DNA of 64,000 bases, from NCBI RefSeq assembly GCF_963506605.1, contig NC_083276.1, positions 84,692,001-84,756,000 of the forward strand, read 5' to 3'. Shown here piece after piece: positions 63,095 to 64,000 of this stretch; position 1 is the stretch's first letter; each line of letters begins with the position of its first letter. The notes under the pieces are model-generated. The model ran no database searches, was not told the DNA's origin, and saw only the letters and a program-made list of their open reading frames with translations. Origin of the DNA: Zootoca vivipara (Eukaryota). Both the position numbers and the translations under genes were made by a program.

Positions 63095-63611
63095 GTAAGC
63101 AACAAGAAGGAGAGCTGCAGGAGGGTGTTTCTTTGGAAGAAACAGCTGAGATGGAACCATATTAGACTGCCTAGGGGAATTTTAGGGATTTCCTTTTCTG
63201 TTGCTTTAGATTCCCCACTTGCTCTCCCCCCAGTCAAACTGAGCTCAAGCTTCTCCTGGTTCCTTTCCCCCATCTATTATTTTGCCTGTTGTATAGGAAT
63301 GGGTTCATATGTAATCAAGCCATCCTGCTTTTAAAAAAAATCCCATTCAGCCAAGAAAATGGCTGCAAGGCAGAGAGAGAAACTAGCTACATTCCCAAAT
63401 GTCAGATTCTTGGTGAATTGGCCAGTAATGAGGAGTCTGTACTAGTGGAAACAATTTCAGGGGCAGGACAAGGTAAGGCGAACTAAATGACAAAAACTTT
63501 GTTTATGTGTGTGTGAATATTTGCAGAGGGTAAAGCAGAGCATTGGAAGCAGAGATTTGAGTGGCTTCAAATTATGATTTAGTAAATGGGCCACACGGAA
63601 ACCAGTGATTA

Positions 63612-63614
<3 letters not shown>

Positions 63615-63646
<32 letters not shown>
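63615..63646. repeat. (TG)n microsatellite
   Basis: Perfect TG run. Confidence 0.95.
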
Positions 63647-63648
<2 letters not shown>

Positions 63649-63864
63649 TGAGTCTTGGAGGGAGTGGGTCAGACTTGAACCTCAGGTGCAAATCTTGACT
63701 GGGATCTTAGAATTGATCTTCTAGGATCTGGAGAGGGATAATGTCTCATAAATCCAGGAGGATTCTTTTCAAAGCAATCACCCACAAAACAGTCCATGTC
63801 AAACTTACTACCCAGGTTCCATAGCCAGGGAGATGACATAAATATCTCTTTCTTTGGCAGAGGG

Positions 63865-64000
63865 GCTCCTGCCAACCTAGCAGTTTGAAAGCACGTCAAA
63901 GTGCAAGTAGATAAATAGGCACCGCTACAGCGGGAAGGTAAACGGTGTTTCCGTGTGCTGCTCTGGTTTGCCAGAAGCGACTGTCATGCTGGCTACATGA
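63865..64000 (+). mobile_element. Sauria SINE (5'-truncated, runs off the window end)
   Basis: GCTCCTGCCAACCTAGCAG...AAAGTGCAAGTAGATAAATAGG matches the core of the 36669 copy. Confidence 0.9.

Overview
Vertebrate genomic DNA from a squamate, probably a lacertid lizard, judged from Sauria SINEs with (ACCTTT)n tails, a BovB LINE and many hAT and Tigger-type MITEs. The gene order matches the human 2q35 GLB1L-STK16-TUBA4A-TUBA4B-DNAJB2 block. Left to right: (1) a minus-strand, 8-coding-exon, ~649-aa DNAJB2-like gene with an intact J domain but a novel ~460-aa C-terminal exon carrying a Tyr/Ser/Pro-rich 12-aa repeat array and no UIM or CAAX; (2) an intact minus-strand alpha-tubulin (452 aa, ends in Tyr) at the position of degenerate human TUBA4B; (3) plus-strand TUBA4A (448 aa, no terminal Tyr); (4) minus-strand STK16 (305 aa); (5) a probable GLB1L signal-peptide exon. 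The two divergently oriented tubulin genes show a patchwork gene-conversion signature in exon 4: near identity, with differences clustered around isotype-defining codons. A Penelope-like insertion carries a minimal hammerhead ribozyme. All exon structures and counts were derived by eye and need RNA-seq or alignment confirmation. There are two N gaps.
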